Source: Paragordius varius
Taxonomy: Eukaryota > Animalia > Nematomorpha
Assembly: GCA_964247055.1 (NCBI GenBank)
Contig: OZ176055.1
Location: 5,580,001-5,644,000 of the forward strand
Direction of reading: 5' to 3'
Length of the DNA: 64,000 bases
The notes under the pieces were generated by a model that was not told the DNA's origin, did not search any database, and saw only the letters and a program-made list of their open reading frames with translations. The position numbers were made by a program, and so were the translations under genes. This document shows positions 12,460 through 25,659 of this stretch, piece by piece (the first letter of the stretch is position 1; each line of letters opens with the position of its first letter).

Positions 12460-13300
12460 ATCAGGTTATTTTATATACCCCCGATAGCGCAATGTTAGTG
12501 GAAAAAAATCGTATCAAACTACTTCGACGCTATTATTTTACAACTATTTTGCATAATATGTTTTAACGCTAAATTTTAAGCTATTTTTTCATTTTCATAA
12601 TACAAACAGAAAACATGGTTTATTTTTCATTATATTTATTTTTAGATAATAGACACATGTCATGTTGACTAAATTACATTGAAGTATATCTCTAAAATTA
12701 TAATAGCCTGTTTTTTTAATAAATTTTTTTTGATATTTTGATGCATCAATGTAAGTGACTTTAACAAGAGAACTATGGAATTATTAAGAAAAAGTACTTT
12801 TATAAAATTTGAAAACATTTTTATAATGTTCCCATCATGTTTGAAAATATTATGAAGTACTCTTCAACTAAATTTTGTTAAAAAATAATTTTTTGAAAAA
12901 AGTAGGTTTTAATATTTATACTTGATATCTTAGCAAGTTTATTTCAAGAAAACTAGACTGAACAGCATAAAAATTTTAGGGAGCTCACATCTAAAATTAA
13001 AATTTTTTTTAATTATTATTTTACATATATGTAGCTTATGATATACTTTAGTGATTTTTTTCAATGAAGCATTTAGGTTTCTCCAAAAAAATGTTATTTG
13101 AAAAAATGTGCGCTAATTTTGCCATCTTTCATAACAAAGAGTGTCTCGTATGGCCAAAACCAACATGATAATGATACATTATTCTATTGGAATATATATA
13201 TTTCACAATCATATTTTTTGTCCTATACTTCGTATCACATTAAAAACAATTGATTCTTCCTCGAGTTGTCTTAAATTTAATAATATTTAACATATCGTTG
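12460..13300. mobile_element. Degenerate fragments of MITE families B and C
   Basis: Contains family C blocks (TATCAAACTACTTCGACGC, CACATGTCATGTTGACTAAATT) and family B blocks (GGAGCTCACATCTAAA, AAGCATTTAG.TTTC.CCAAAAA). Boundaries approximate. Confidence 0.5.
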
Positions 13301-13878
13301 AATGAGCAAATTTTGATTTATTAACTTTAAAGGCCCTGTATTCAACCCTACATGTAAAAATTGGTGATAAAACATAATTTTTCAAAGCCCAGCCCCGCAG
13401 AAGTTCCATTTAACGCAAAAATATCGTCACTAGCAAAAAAGAGAGAGTTGTCCAATCTAGAATAGAGTTTCAAGATAAATATTTTGAGTGGGGCGCATGA
13501 AAGAAAAGATTGACCTGAAATAATTTTTATAAATGGGTCTAACTTTTAGCCAATTAAACTTTTGTGGGTATTTTTATCTGATGTGGTGTAACACATTATT
13601 TGATAGCTTAATAGAAAATGATAATTTGATTATGCTATGCATTTTGATTTTGTTTAATCAAGTTAAACATTAAATTTTCTTTTAACTTTTAGTAGTAGTC
13701 CAAATATTTTTCGTGTTAAAAACAACAAAGGAACTTTGTACATTTATATTTTAAAAACTTATTAATATGGCCACGCTTGTATTATTTTGTCCAAAACAAA
13801 TTAGTATTTTAATTGGTTCTCAATTATCCATGTTTAAAATCATTTTGTCGGGGCCAAAAATAGTTTTTGCAAAATGTT

Positions 13879-14400
13879 TTAACACTTCATTATAGATTTT
13901 TTTTGTTCACGATGTTTTGGGGTATCCCAGAGCTTAATCTTGTAAAGTAGTGTTTTAAAGTATTTTGTGTTAAAATTTATTACCAAATACTCTCGTGTAA
14001 GATAAGAAACTATATTTTTTACAGTTTAACTCTAGATTGGAACATCTCCGTTCATCATTGAAATTAATACTAATTTTAAAAGTAAATATTAAGTGTTTGT
14101 TGATAAAATGTGGCTTGAAAGCTTTGTAGAAATAATTATTGACATCTTATATATTTATTAGTCTGTTGCATCAACGTATAAAAATGACTGCGAAAAAGTT
14201 TGAGATGAGGTTTTACAATTTTATATTTTCAAAATATATTTTTTTGAGCATGCGCACAAAAGGTAAAGAAAGCATTTTAAATCTGGCCCAATACCTATAA
14301 ACTACTAAGATATTTAAATTTCAAATCGCTTTGAGATATAAATACCGCAAAAGGTAGTGAGTGTTTAGAAATGAAAATAATAGCAGTGATAAATTGTTAA
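13879..14400. mobile_element. Family E element copy
   Basis: Starts TTAACACTTC and is collinear with 3999-4573 in several blocks. Confidence 0.5.
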
Positions 14401-14688
14401 AAGGATTGATTGTATTGATAATTTAGCTTAAGATTGGTAAAAAAAAAATGAAATATTTAAAAAAAACTCTAAAGAGATCTATCATATATAATAAGAGAAA
14501 GTCAAGCGTAATATTATACCTTTTAGTAATCTATTATCTAATGTGACCAGATATTTTGAACCCTGGCGTAGTACAAAATTAAAACATACTTGGGCTATTT
14601 TTACACCAGATTTTTGCGTGTTATATCAAATTATATAGTTATTTATATTTATAAGCTTAGAAACAATTAAATATATCTAAAAAATGCA

Positions 14689-15223
14689 TTAACACTTTGA
14701 TTCAAATTGGGGTATCTAAATGCCCCAGACTATATTTAAGTTTATATTTAAAAAACTGAAAGAAATGGTCCTATTTTTATATCTTAATTATTAAAATAAG
14801 CCGAAATATCTAAATAAAATATGTTTTGAAAAAAAAGTTTCATATCATACGACGCCATTTTTATTTTGCAACATTTTTGCAAAATATCGTGTTTTTTTGA
14901 TTTTTAAGCTAAAATGAAAGCTAATTTTTCATTTAAATCACATCTAACCTTGATAGAAGAAAAAAATGTTTATGTAAAATTTAGCTAATGCACACATGTC
15001 CGACTAAATTTTTACCTTGAGGTTTTAGCTAAAAATAAGTAATATCAAGTATTTTTGAATTAAATTTTTTATATATCATTAATGTTATAATGTACAAATA
15101 TTTGCCATGGATTTGATTCATCCCATATTTTTTGAATTATTTAATTTTAAACAGACCTGGGGTATCCAACTACCCTAATCTACATCGAAGGACTGAAATG
15201 ACTGTGTTGTATCCAAGTGTTAA
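14689..15223. mobile_element. piggyBac-like MITE (family C), ~530 bp, TTAA-flanked
   Basis: TTAA|CACTTTGATTC ... GTATCCAAGTG|TTAA: short imperfect TIR with subterminal GGGGTA..TACCC motifs. Further copies at 19538, 49357 and 62750-63801. Superfamily inferred from the TTAA flanks only. Confidence 0.65.
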
Positions 15224-15845
15224 ATTAACTGACAAATGAAAGAAACGAACTTTTAATTTTTGATCAAATTATTTAATTATCAAAAATTCATTTTGTGTAA
15301 ATTTTGATGCCTCTTTTGCGGAAGCCAAAGACCCATTAGCCTAAATCTTGCGGTCGAATCTGAGAATTATAGTTCCGCCACTGCAAGAAATGTTGCCTTC
15401 ATAAGCGGTTTAACTAGTCCAAAATTCGTGTATAATTTAATCAAAATATAAAAAATAACCAATGAAAATAGGCCAATCTTAGTAATACCGAAACATAAAC
15501 CTTTTATTTTTTTACAAATTGGGATAATTTTTTTTGTATAAATCGAAGGTAATTGATATATTTACAAAATATTTTTTTAAAAAGCAGTACAAAAGTCAGG
15601 ACAGCACATGGGCAGTTTTTTTCTAAACCCAGTGTACTGCGAAAAACAGCCTATCTGGACCATAATCCAAATTTTATTCAACGCCAAATTTTTTTAGTCA
15701 ATATATTGTAGCAAATACATTGATAGATATAATTTGGAAATAAAATCCAATTTACAAACTATCTTTTTTACAGTTTTAACAAATTATTTTATTGGAATTT
15801 GCTTAGTTAAACCGATAATAAATAAATTGTCATAAATTAGAGTAA

Positions 15846-16403
15846 TCTATATATTTATAAAAATGGTAAATGCTGGCTTTGTGATCTGTTTCCGGAAAAC
15901 CGATAAACCCATTCAAATCCAAATATCGAAAAAATATAATTAATGAATGCCCCGACAATAGCTTCGCCCTTTTTTTGAAAAAGTCGCCCAGTTCGGGCCC
16001 ACCCCGTGTGAAAAACGGTTTTTTTGAAAACATAAGTCCACAAAAATCGTGCGAGTCAATTTTCCGGAGAACGTGTTGGACCATTCAATTTCAAATATTA
16101 TTCTTGTTTACTTATTTACGATTGCGCCGAACATAGTCGGCTCGCTTTTTTAAATTAGACCCTCTATTTACCCGCTCCCCCCGTATATGCCATTTTTTTC
16201 AAAAAACAACCACAAAAATAATTTTTTGAATCTATTTTTCCCCCAAGTAAACAATAAATTAGTATGAATGCACCGTTTTAAAATTCCTATAAGATCATAG
16301 CTATTAAATAATGTTTCGAAATAATCCACATATGTGGATCATTTTATTGTCTTTTTTTTCAAATGGCCCTCCCCCCCCCCCCCCCCAGAAGTCCTTCGGA
16401 CTT
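15846..16403 (+). mobile_element. Non-autonomous Helitron (family D), 3'-truncated copy
   Basis: Starts A|TCTATATATTTATAAAAATGG and is collinear with the reverse complement of 24087-24609 up to AAGTCCTTCGGACTT. Lacks the terminal hairpin and CTAG. Contains a poly-C run near 16370-16386. Confidence 0.75.
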
Positions 16404-17356
16404 AATAAATGCATTTGATTACCATTAATTTTGTTTAAGTAAAGATTCAAAAAATATAAAAAACTAAAGTTTTTGCATTTAAATTTTCAAAATTCTGCCT
16501 TAACCAATAGATTGTATAAAACTAAAATATTAAAATGACTCTCTAATACGTAAGAACAGACTGAATCAGTCGAATGGTATAACATTTCAATTAATCCGAA
16601 TCAAGGGAAAATTTTAGTATTGTGGGGCTCTACAAATGACTAATAGTTCCTTTACAAATAATAAAAATTATATTCAAACATATTAGGTATAGATTTTTGT
16701 AAAATTAAAATAAACCTTTAGCCATTTTAGCAGAATAAACTAACCGTTATAACTATAAATAATGAAGCTATAATAATTATTATTTACAGTTATACAATAT
16801 TTAAAAATATTTATTAAGCATTTAGAACAACAAGTTTAAATATCTCCTTCATCAAACGTCATTTTGCATATAAATTTCTATTAAAATTCATTGGTTAATA
16901 TAGTAGATTGACACTTTCATATTGCTAATTTGTCGCTTTATATCTCCAACATTCAAAGTTGAAAAACCATAGATGCGGGAATTTCAATTATATTTCGGAT
17001 ATGGATAATTCATAAATAATATAATCGTATACCAATTACAAAAAATATATTACAATACTAAGTTTTACTAATTATTTTAAAATACGGGTGGGAAAATATT
17101 TTAGCCTATTGTTATTGATAATTGCCGTTATTTAATATACAAAAATATAAATGAAGGAAACTACTCCAAACCCACCAATACTAGGTTTAAATAAATTTAA
17201 ACCTGTTTGTAAACTTGTGAAACGAAAATTTAGAGTTTATGGCATTTCAATGCAAAAATTATATATAACTGGCATTATTTATTTAATAATTTTTCAAATA
17301 TGTTATTAATCATAATATATTTACATATATTTTTAATACAAAATTAACAAATAAAT

Positions 17357-17855
17357 TTATTTAGCCAATGCTAATGGGTTTCTAAGCACAATAATAACAG
17401 AATCGCCTCGCAGGAACATTTTCTTAATAAACCGTTCCTTGTTTACGGCATTCCCCTTTTTTCCTTTAGATGTTTTTGGGCGATCAACCCACATTTCTTT
17501 TACTTCTTCCAGAATCATATTACAATGTCTAAAACAAATTTTAATTATTTTTATCATAAAAATATTTCAGATACTATCTAGCAATGATCATAGGTATCAC
17601 AATTAAATTATGCATCATGCATTAAAAATTTATAATTTACCGATCAAATGCTTTGACTCTACCAAAGAGTTTCTTGTTGTTTCTGCAATTTATTAAAACT
17701 TGAGTATTATTTTTAACAGAATTAAGAAGCACAGATAATGGCCCTGTAGTTATTTCAGTTTCTTCTAATTTTGCTAATTCCTCTTGAGTCATTTCAGACT
17801 TTGGTTTATTCCTACAAAATTATTTTTCATATTACAAAGCGTCTCCAGCACTCAT
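17357..17855 (-). CDS. SNRPD2: Small nuclear ribonucleoprotein Sm D2
   Basis: Exons 17836-17855, 17641-17811, 17357-17528; introns 24 and 112 nt. Protein [78 protein letters not shown] carries the SmD2 hallmark motifs. Confidence 0.97.
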
Positions 17856-18169
17856 GTTGTTCAAAAAATGGTGGTAAGTAGCAAAAAAGGTAAAGGTAAT
17901 GTTAAATTAAAAATAATTTAGCGGATTTGAACTATATACTTTTGGAGAACATTTGTTATCAGATACAATATAATATCTTTAATTAAAAATATTTAATTGA
18001 TATGCTATTATGTAAAAACGGTAATAATTTTTGAAGTAGCAATAGATCTTAGCATTTAAATCGAAATTGCGGGATAAAACTGTTATCATTACATTTTGTC
18101 CAAAATTAGGAGTTATAAATAATAACCTGATGAAATTTATATATTCTGATGGGAATTGTATCAGGATAA

Positions 18170-19147
18170 CCACGGTTCGTTTGATAAGTGCTCCATATCA
18201 GAATTTTTTAGTGAAATATAGCGGCTTCACCTAAAATTAAATATATTACAAACCACATATAAATAGCAAATAAATATTTCTACAAAAATATTTTTAAATA
18301 TGGGCTCCTAACCTTATTTTTTTGCTATTCTAAAATGAGGTAATAAATTTAACGCACAAATGCGGCGATTGCGCTATAAAAATTTTAATTATATGCTAAA
18401 TTTTGACATACACCAAAAATATTTTTTAAAAAATGCATAATTTTTACGAAAATTAAATTTTTAGCAAAATTTTGTTGAAACGTACCTCATATTATTTTTC
18501 GGCATGATGGAAACGGTGTAAAAACGCTTAAAGATATTATAAAAACACTTTAATTTAATTCTAATCCTGGACATTTCTATCGATCCAAAATCTTAATTGA
18601 ATGTTAATTTGGCTATTTTTGTACATTTTTGTAAAAAAAACACTTTTTCATATTTGATGCGAACGAAAATTTTAATAAAACTTTTGCGTGATATAAATGT
18701 TTAGTTCCATCAAACCAAAACCCATTATAATGATGTAGAAAAAGGTTTTTATAATGTCTTACGCGTTTTTACACCGTTTCCATCAGGCCTCAAAATAGTT
18801 TGAAGTACGCTTCAACAAAGTTTTGCTAATTTTCAAAAAAAATATGCATTTTTTGAAGATTTTAGTTGATATCAAAATATAGTATATATTTAACATTTTA
18901 ATCATACAATCCGGGCATTTTTGCATTAATTTTAGAGAACTAGTCCATTAGAAGAGCAAAATGATTTGGGACTTTTGGCAACATCTAAAATTATTTTTTA
19001 AAAAATATTCTTTTGATTTTTTATAATATATTATTGTGATATTTTTTGGAATAAAGCTTCTAGCTTTTACTAAAAAAATCATTTAAAAACTCTGCGCAAT
19101 TGTGCCATTCGATATGGAGCATTGCCACAAAAGTGTAAATTACTTTA
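18170..19147. mobile_element. Foldback element, family B copy
   Basis: Left arm GATAAGTGCTCCATATC and right arm GATATGGAGCATTGCCACAAAAGTGTAAAT are inverted; internal arms also pair. Directly abuts a family C end at 19148. Confidence 0.65.
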
Positions 19148-20410
19148 TTAACACTTTGATTCAAATTGATGATTTTAAATACCCCAGAATACACTACTGA
19201 AAGAAACGATCCCAATTTACTATATAATTTATCCCATTAAAAATTATGTACATAAGCCGAAATATCTAAATGAAATTTAGTTTTAAAAAAAGTTCCATAT
19301 CAAACTACTTAAACGCTTAATATTCTAAAGCGATAGAAATGTTTAGCATCAAATATATAGAAAATGTATTTATAATATCTAAAAGCGTTTTTATACCGTT
19401 TACATCACGCACAATAACATGAAGTAGGCTTCATCATAATTATGCTAAAAATTAAATTTTTTAAAAAATATGCTTTCTTTAAAATTTTTTCTTGAAACCT
19501 AGTAAATATTCGAGCAATCCGGCCTTTTTGAAATTATTTAACACTTGGATACAATACATTCATTTTATAAATACCCCAAACCTGTTTAAAAATCAAATTT
19601 TTTAAAAAATATGGAAGCAATCGAAACTATGGCAAAATTTTGCACTCACATAATATTAATAAACCGAAATATATAAAAAAAATTATTCAAAAAAACTTGA
19701 TATTACTTATTTTGAGCTAAAACCGAAAGGTAAAATTTAGTCAACATGAGATGTGTGCAATAATAAAATTGAAAAATAATAATACAAAATTAACCACTTT
19801 TTCTATTTCTACCAAGTTAGATGCAATTTAAATAAAAAATGAGCTTCAATTTTACCCTTAAAATCAAATGAAGACGATATGCAAAAATCTTGTAAAATAA
19901 AAATGGCGTCGAAGTAGTTTGACATGGAACTTTTTTTTCACAACAAAATTTTATTTAGATATTTTGGCATATTTATATAATTTTTATTAGGGAAGCATAA
20001 ATTTAAATTGTAACCACCTTCAGTAGTTTTTTAAATATCCTAACTCAAATTTAGTCTGGGATATTTAGATATCCCAATTTAAATCGAAGTGTTAAAAGAA
20101 CCAACCCATTTTAGAACTAAGGCTTCCGTAGCTTATCTAAAAATAAATTTTTTTAAAAATTTTGCATTTTATAGGTAGTTTATAATATATTTTAGTGATA
20201 TTTTGGGAATAACGCATTTAGCTTTCACCAAAAAATTTTTATTTGAAAAAAATATGGTCATCGCCATTTTCTGATGTGGAGCAGTTACCACAAAAATGTA
20301 ACTTTTCCTTCACTGGTAAGGACCAAAACCAAAAGCATCTGATAATCTTGATACATCTATCAAAAGGTAAATATTTTAACAGGTGATTTTTTACATGACG
20401 CAGTGTGCCT
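19148..20410. mobile_element. Cluster of family C MITEs (partial 19148-~19310, complete reverse copy 19538-20095) and family B fragments
   Basis: TTAACACTTTGATTC at 19148; TTAACACTTGGATAC at 19538 to AATCGAAGTGTTAA at 20095; a family B right end ...GACGCAGTG near 20405. Confidence 0.6.
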
Positions 20411-20955
20411 TCATAAAATATTATTGATGCGTTTTTCTCCGTTTATGATTATATTCTAGCTAAATTGAGACAAGAATGCGATTTTATTATTTTGGCCAAT
20501 AGCAGAAAAATTAAAATAACTTTTTTTCTACAGAATATTCAATATCAGGAAGCTTTTAGCCATTAAATACATGATTAAACAAATTTTAGCTGCACATCGT
20601 TTAATACACCACAAAAAATCGTATGCTTTAGGTTGTGAACAAGGTATTGGCTAAATTATGACAATGTCGGTGACAGTTTTGTATATGAAGAATTATTTCA
20701 TTGGGTTTTTGGATCTCTAGTTAGGTTAAAAAATAATTTAAATAAATTTTTAAATATTTTTTCGGAGATACTTCCAATAAATTTGAAAATATGCGTTTTT
20801 ACAAATATAGTCATAGTATTTATTTGCGGGCGTTTTATTGTTTTGGAGTTTCAAAAAAATTAAAAATAGTATATGTAACTGTTTAAAATAATTTATTTGT
20901 TAGTATCTATAGTCAAATAAATAATTTTTGGTAATAAATCTTTAATTTAAAACAT

Positions 20956-23597
20956 TCACAAGTGTGGAATGCAACTGATAGGTTCATTTGTTTCGACAGA
21001 ACGATAAAAGGCAAAGCATACACCATCACATTGGTAAGGTTGGCAAAGGACTTCAAAAGATTGTGGTTCGCACAACAATATATTGTTGCAAGGTTCGCAA
21101 TTAGGTGTGATAACATTGGAAGGACATAAACGAGCTGGCAAAGTTATAACTTTTATAACTGGTGGAGGGACAGACAGTGTGGGTAGAAGGTTTTGTGGAT
21201 CCACACTCGTTGTGCTTTCTGTAACAAGTGTGGCTGAATCAATAGTCGTATTTTGCATAGTATCAGAAGCAGGAGTATCCATAGATAACGTGATATTTGA
21301 TGAGAGTGTGGCTGAATCAATAGTCGTATTTTGCAGAGTATCAGACGCAGGAGTATCCGTTGATAACGTGGTATTCGATGAGAGTGTGGCTGAATCAATA
21401 GTCGTATTTTGCAGAGCAGCAGACGCAGTAGTCTCCGTGGATAAAGTGGTATTTAATGAGATCGGTGAAATGGAACTGACCATTTGGGTTAGTTCACTTT
21501 CTGATGGCAAAGAAGTTTGCGAATCGGATATTGAATTTGTTTGGGTGTTTGTAGGGTTTGTCTCAGAATTATAGATTGGGGTGAATGTTGGTTCTGTGAT
21601 TACAGCTGTCGTGTTTGTAATCGTAGATGAAGTCGTTGTTGGTATACTTTTCAAAATATTTTTTGAAGTTAAAGTGTTTGGTAAAGTTTCTTTGGTCGTT
21701 GAAGTATATCCAATAAAAGTTGGCCGTAATGAGCTAGTTACTTGAGTTGTATATATGTTTGCTGTCTGAATTAAATATTAAATTGGTCATATTCAAAAAG
21801 TATTTAAATATTCACTTAATTAACTTTTTTCTTAAAATTAAGTGCTAGAATATAAATTTTATTATATAAACATTTTCTGTAAATGGATCTGTGATAGTTT
21901 GAGCGGTTATAAATGGTGGCATAATAGGTCTAGGTGAAGTAGTTTCCATTCCATAATCCATATAATCTAAATCTGTATCAAACGTTATGTAATCTGGAAA
22001 AGTAGGCTGGGGACTTGTTTCAATGTTTTTTCGGGTAAACTTAGTTAAGGGTAAAATCCATGCCATCGTCATTGGTGTAGTTAAAACGATAGTCATCAAA
22101 TCTAAATGTTATTTAATAATTGACATATACTACCTTTTCTGCAAAAAATGAGTTTCTATTCCCAATAAATTAACATTGTTTTTCTATTATACCTAGATCC
22201 GATAGCACTGGTATATATATATATATACCAGTGAGCAAAAATTAAAATTACAGAGACATAACTTAAAACTCTACTTTTAACCTGATAGATATAACTCGTT
22301 GATTTAAATTGAAAACATGATATAGAGATGTAAATTGATAACAAAATTAATTATACATTTCTAATTGTAATTAAAAATTTTATATAGGGAAAATCAAGGT
22401 TTAAAAAGGTATGGTTGTCTTTCAATAAATTTTTTCTCTATGTTTTTGTTTGGTCTGTATAATTTCAATTTATAATTTAGGTTGTTGCTATTTTAAGTAT
22501 GAAAATATTAAACAAATCAAATATATAAAATAGATTTATCACCTTGGCAACAACACCCATATACATCAACCATTGTCCTTATGTCACATGTATAACCTGA
22601 AGGACACAATTGATGTCCAACAGAATTTCCACATCTTACACGAGGGAGAGCTCGGGAGGATTGACATCCTACACAAACTTAAACGCACATCAATAAAAGC
22701 GTATCAATTATAAAAAAATATTAGGACAAATTCTTAAAAAACATTATGATTAATATCTATGGTAATCTAAATGTTGAGATAGAGGGCCAAATATGAGTAA
22801 AATCGTTGAAAAGAAAAGTTTGAATATTTGTCAATAATAAATGATCAAAGCGTTTTATATTTTTAAAGTAATTAATATAATGAATATTTAAACTTTATAG
22901 TCTATTATCACCAAATTTAATCATAAACATTTCTGCAAATTATAAATTTCAAAGTTACAAAGTAATTTACAATCTTCGGCCGGAAATGGCATAAAGTACT
23001 CATGTTGTTTGTAGGTATCCGGTTGAGTGTGGTGAAATTGTTGATAAAAGTTCCATGGTTTTGTTCTCTTTTCGTAATTTATCATGAAAGGTGGTGGCGG
23101 TGGTTTAGGTGAAAATTTTTTGTAAGTTGGATATTTTTTATGAGACAGGGTAAACATGTTGTAATTAAAGGTTTTACGTAGACTAATTTGTGTAGTTGTT
23201 TTTACAGTTGCAATGGGTTGATAAAATTTATTTTTATAAGGCGTAGGGAATGAGTTTGCCCGATTTGTTGATGCAAGTTTTGGCTTATTTCGGCTGGACG
23301 GTTTATCGTTTTCATGACGGTAATAATATGGAATTATTATAGGGACGTGGCGCTTTGCATTAAACAAATAGTAGGGAAAATTATTTGAGCTTGCGGCATT
23401 CTTCATTCCCATTTGGTGCAAATTCGGTATTCTGGATGTCGAAAGCCATGGTTTGTGTGGTATATAGTTTGTCTTTAAATAAATATCAATAAGGTATATC
23501 TAATGAGGAAAAAAACCCTGGAAAATATAATTTTTACTTAACTTACAGAATATAACTTAGAGGTAAGAATAAAAAACAAAAACTGAATATAAAACAT
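20956..23597 (-). CDS. Secreted mucin-like protein with a Lustrin-type Cys repeat, Thr/Ser-rich tandem repeats and a C-terminal Cys module (~585 aa)
   Basis: Proposed exons 23547-23597 (signal-like MFYIQFLFFILTSKLYS), 22971-23499 (P/Y/K-rich), 22543-22677 (CQSSRALPRVRCG..LCPSGYTCD..GCCCQ), 21872-22101 and 20956-21765 (T/S-rich, ending CEPCNNILLC..LCQPYQCDGVCFAFY..ISC). Phases are consistent. The 5' junctions are less certain. Confidence 0.65.
21226..21460 (-). repeat. Coding tandem repeat, 3 x 78 nt (26 aa, SSNTTLSTDTPASDTLQNTTIDSATL)
   Basis: GTGTGGCTGAATCAATAGTCGTATTTTGCA occurs three times at 78-nt spacing. Each unit has two N-x-T sequons. Confidence 0.9.
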
Positions 23598-24086
23598 GTA
23601 GCTAAATCTTGGTAATAATTATTAAAGCATTTAAATAAAATGAATGGCTATAAAATAATGCCACCTTATATGATTTTACATTTTTGTGTCAATTCAATTA
23701 AAATTAAAGTAACGCAATGCATCTTTGTTAGAAAAATGGTATTCTTTTTCAAACCTTTTTTTGTTTCCATATTTTTATCGTATTATCAGGCCATCATGTT
23801 AATATCCTTGGCTTATTTAGTATAAATATAGCGGTTTCCAAATTAAAAACATTAACTTTTTTTGAGCAATCGAAACAACGTAGACCATAAAAATGATGAA
23901 TATCCAGGTAATTATATAAAAAATATTATTTATTTTTTAGTGTGGTACTTTTGGAGAAGGTTTTTAATTATAGATGTAAAGTTGATCAATAACTCGTATA
24001 AAAGGAACCTATAATTAATTAAAATAATATATTTCCTTAATATTTCAATATCAAATATTTTTTTACATTACATTTTAATTATATAA

Positions 24087-24609
24087 CTAGCGTAAATCTC
24101 GTGCTGCTACGCAGCCCGAGGAAGTCCTTCGGACTTCTGGGGGGAAAAAGGGACAATAAAATGATCCACATATGTGGATTATTTCGAAGCATTATTTAAT
24201 AGCTATGATCTCATAGGAATTTTAACACGGTGCATTCATACTAATATATTGTTTACTTGGGGGAAAAATAGATTCAAAAAATTATTTTTGTGGATTATTT
24301 TTTGAAAAAAATGGCATATTACGGGGGGAAGCGGGTAAAAAGAGGGCCTAAATTTAAAAAGCGAGCCGACTATGTTCGGCGCAATCGAAAATAAGTAAAC
24401 AAAAATCATATTAGAAATCGAATGGTCCAAAAAAACCCGTTTTTTACACGGGGTGGGCCCGAACTGGGGGCCTAATTCAAAAAAGGGCGAATCTATTGTC
24501 GGGGCATTTATTAATGATTATTTTTTCGACATTTGGATTTGAATGGGTCTACCGGTTTTCCGGAAAGAGATCACAAAGCCAGCATTTTCCATATTTATAA
24601 ATATATAGA
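24087..24609 (-). mobile_element. Non-autonomous Helitron with both canonical termini (family D), 523 bp
   Basis: Minus strand: 5' TC(TATATATTTATAAATATGG), 3' hairpin CTCGGGCTGC-GTA-GCAGCACGAG a few nt before a terminal CTAG. Inserted between A and T with no TSD. Confidence 0.85.
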
Positions 24610-25659
24610 TAAGTGATAAAGCATCATTTAGATCTGAAATTTTTTATTTTTATTTATAAATTTTACGAGTCATTGATAAAATTTACTTTATACGAATTTT
24701 GAATGCGCAAACAGGTCCATACCCTAATCCCAATAATGTGGCTAAAAAATGATTTAACAGATGTGCGGTAAAAATTTCAGATCATTCAATATTTAAAAAA
24801 ATGCGCATACTCTGCTTTTAAACAATAATTAGAGCGACATCTAATTAACTATTATTTTATGGTATTTTGAAGCCTGCTGTAGATTTCTATTTATTCATTA
24901 TTTTGATAAAAAAAATCAATCGCCTTCGATTCTGAAAAGTTTTGGGAATATGCATTTGTATCTCAAGCTAATGGTGAATAAATTCTTTATATTCAAGTTG
25001 AAAAAATTTGGATTATCAAGAAAATTATCGTAAGAATTTAATAGTTTTTTATAATCATGCTTTACTACTCGTTTTATCAAAATATCTTCAAAATGAAAAT
25101 ATTATAAATATTTGCTTGTCACAATTTAAAAAACCGAACATTTTCATCAGACGGGTTTGTTTATTTTTCTAGATAATTATGCCATTGTGGGCAAAGATTT
25201 GAGACTTTCCGGACCCATAGAAAAAAAGCTTAATATGGACATTTTTTTATAGTAATATAATTTAATTAATAATAAAGTATTAAGCTACCTGCTTTCCAGA
25301 AAATGTCACTTTTCGTTTTTTTGATATGGAACTATTATCATAAAGTGAAATATATTCCTCAAATGACTCATAATCTCTTAACAAATGTTCAATGGACCTT
25401 GATATACTTTTATATCAGATATATATTTTGATAAAATAATTTTTATGAATTCCTATGCTAAATATTAGATTTATTAATTAGCTATCTATTTTAGACGTAA
25501 AGAATAATTATAATTTAAAATGATAAATCATACTTTTCGGGCAAAATGTTTTTTTTTCGGAATTTTACTGCATTCTGGCTTACAAAACAAATCATGATTA
25601 AAACTTATAACTAGCCGGGTCATTTCATGGGTCACTGTAGCGTAGTTGCATTAAAATAT

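Noticed and set aside
15300-15420. Minus-strand QWRNYNSQIRPQDLG*WVFG resembling a mariner WPxxSPDLNP motif
   Set aside because: Too few identities, and no DDE/D context or matching TIRs.
11479-16084. Short ORFs at 11479, 11722, 11744, 15830, 15855 (and 24236)
   Set aside because: They lie inside Helitron copies, are not preserved between copies, and show no Rep/Hel motifs.
21083-21574. + strand 163-aa ORF with repeats
   Set aside because: Antisense shadow of the 78-nt mucin repeats.
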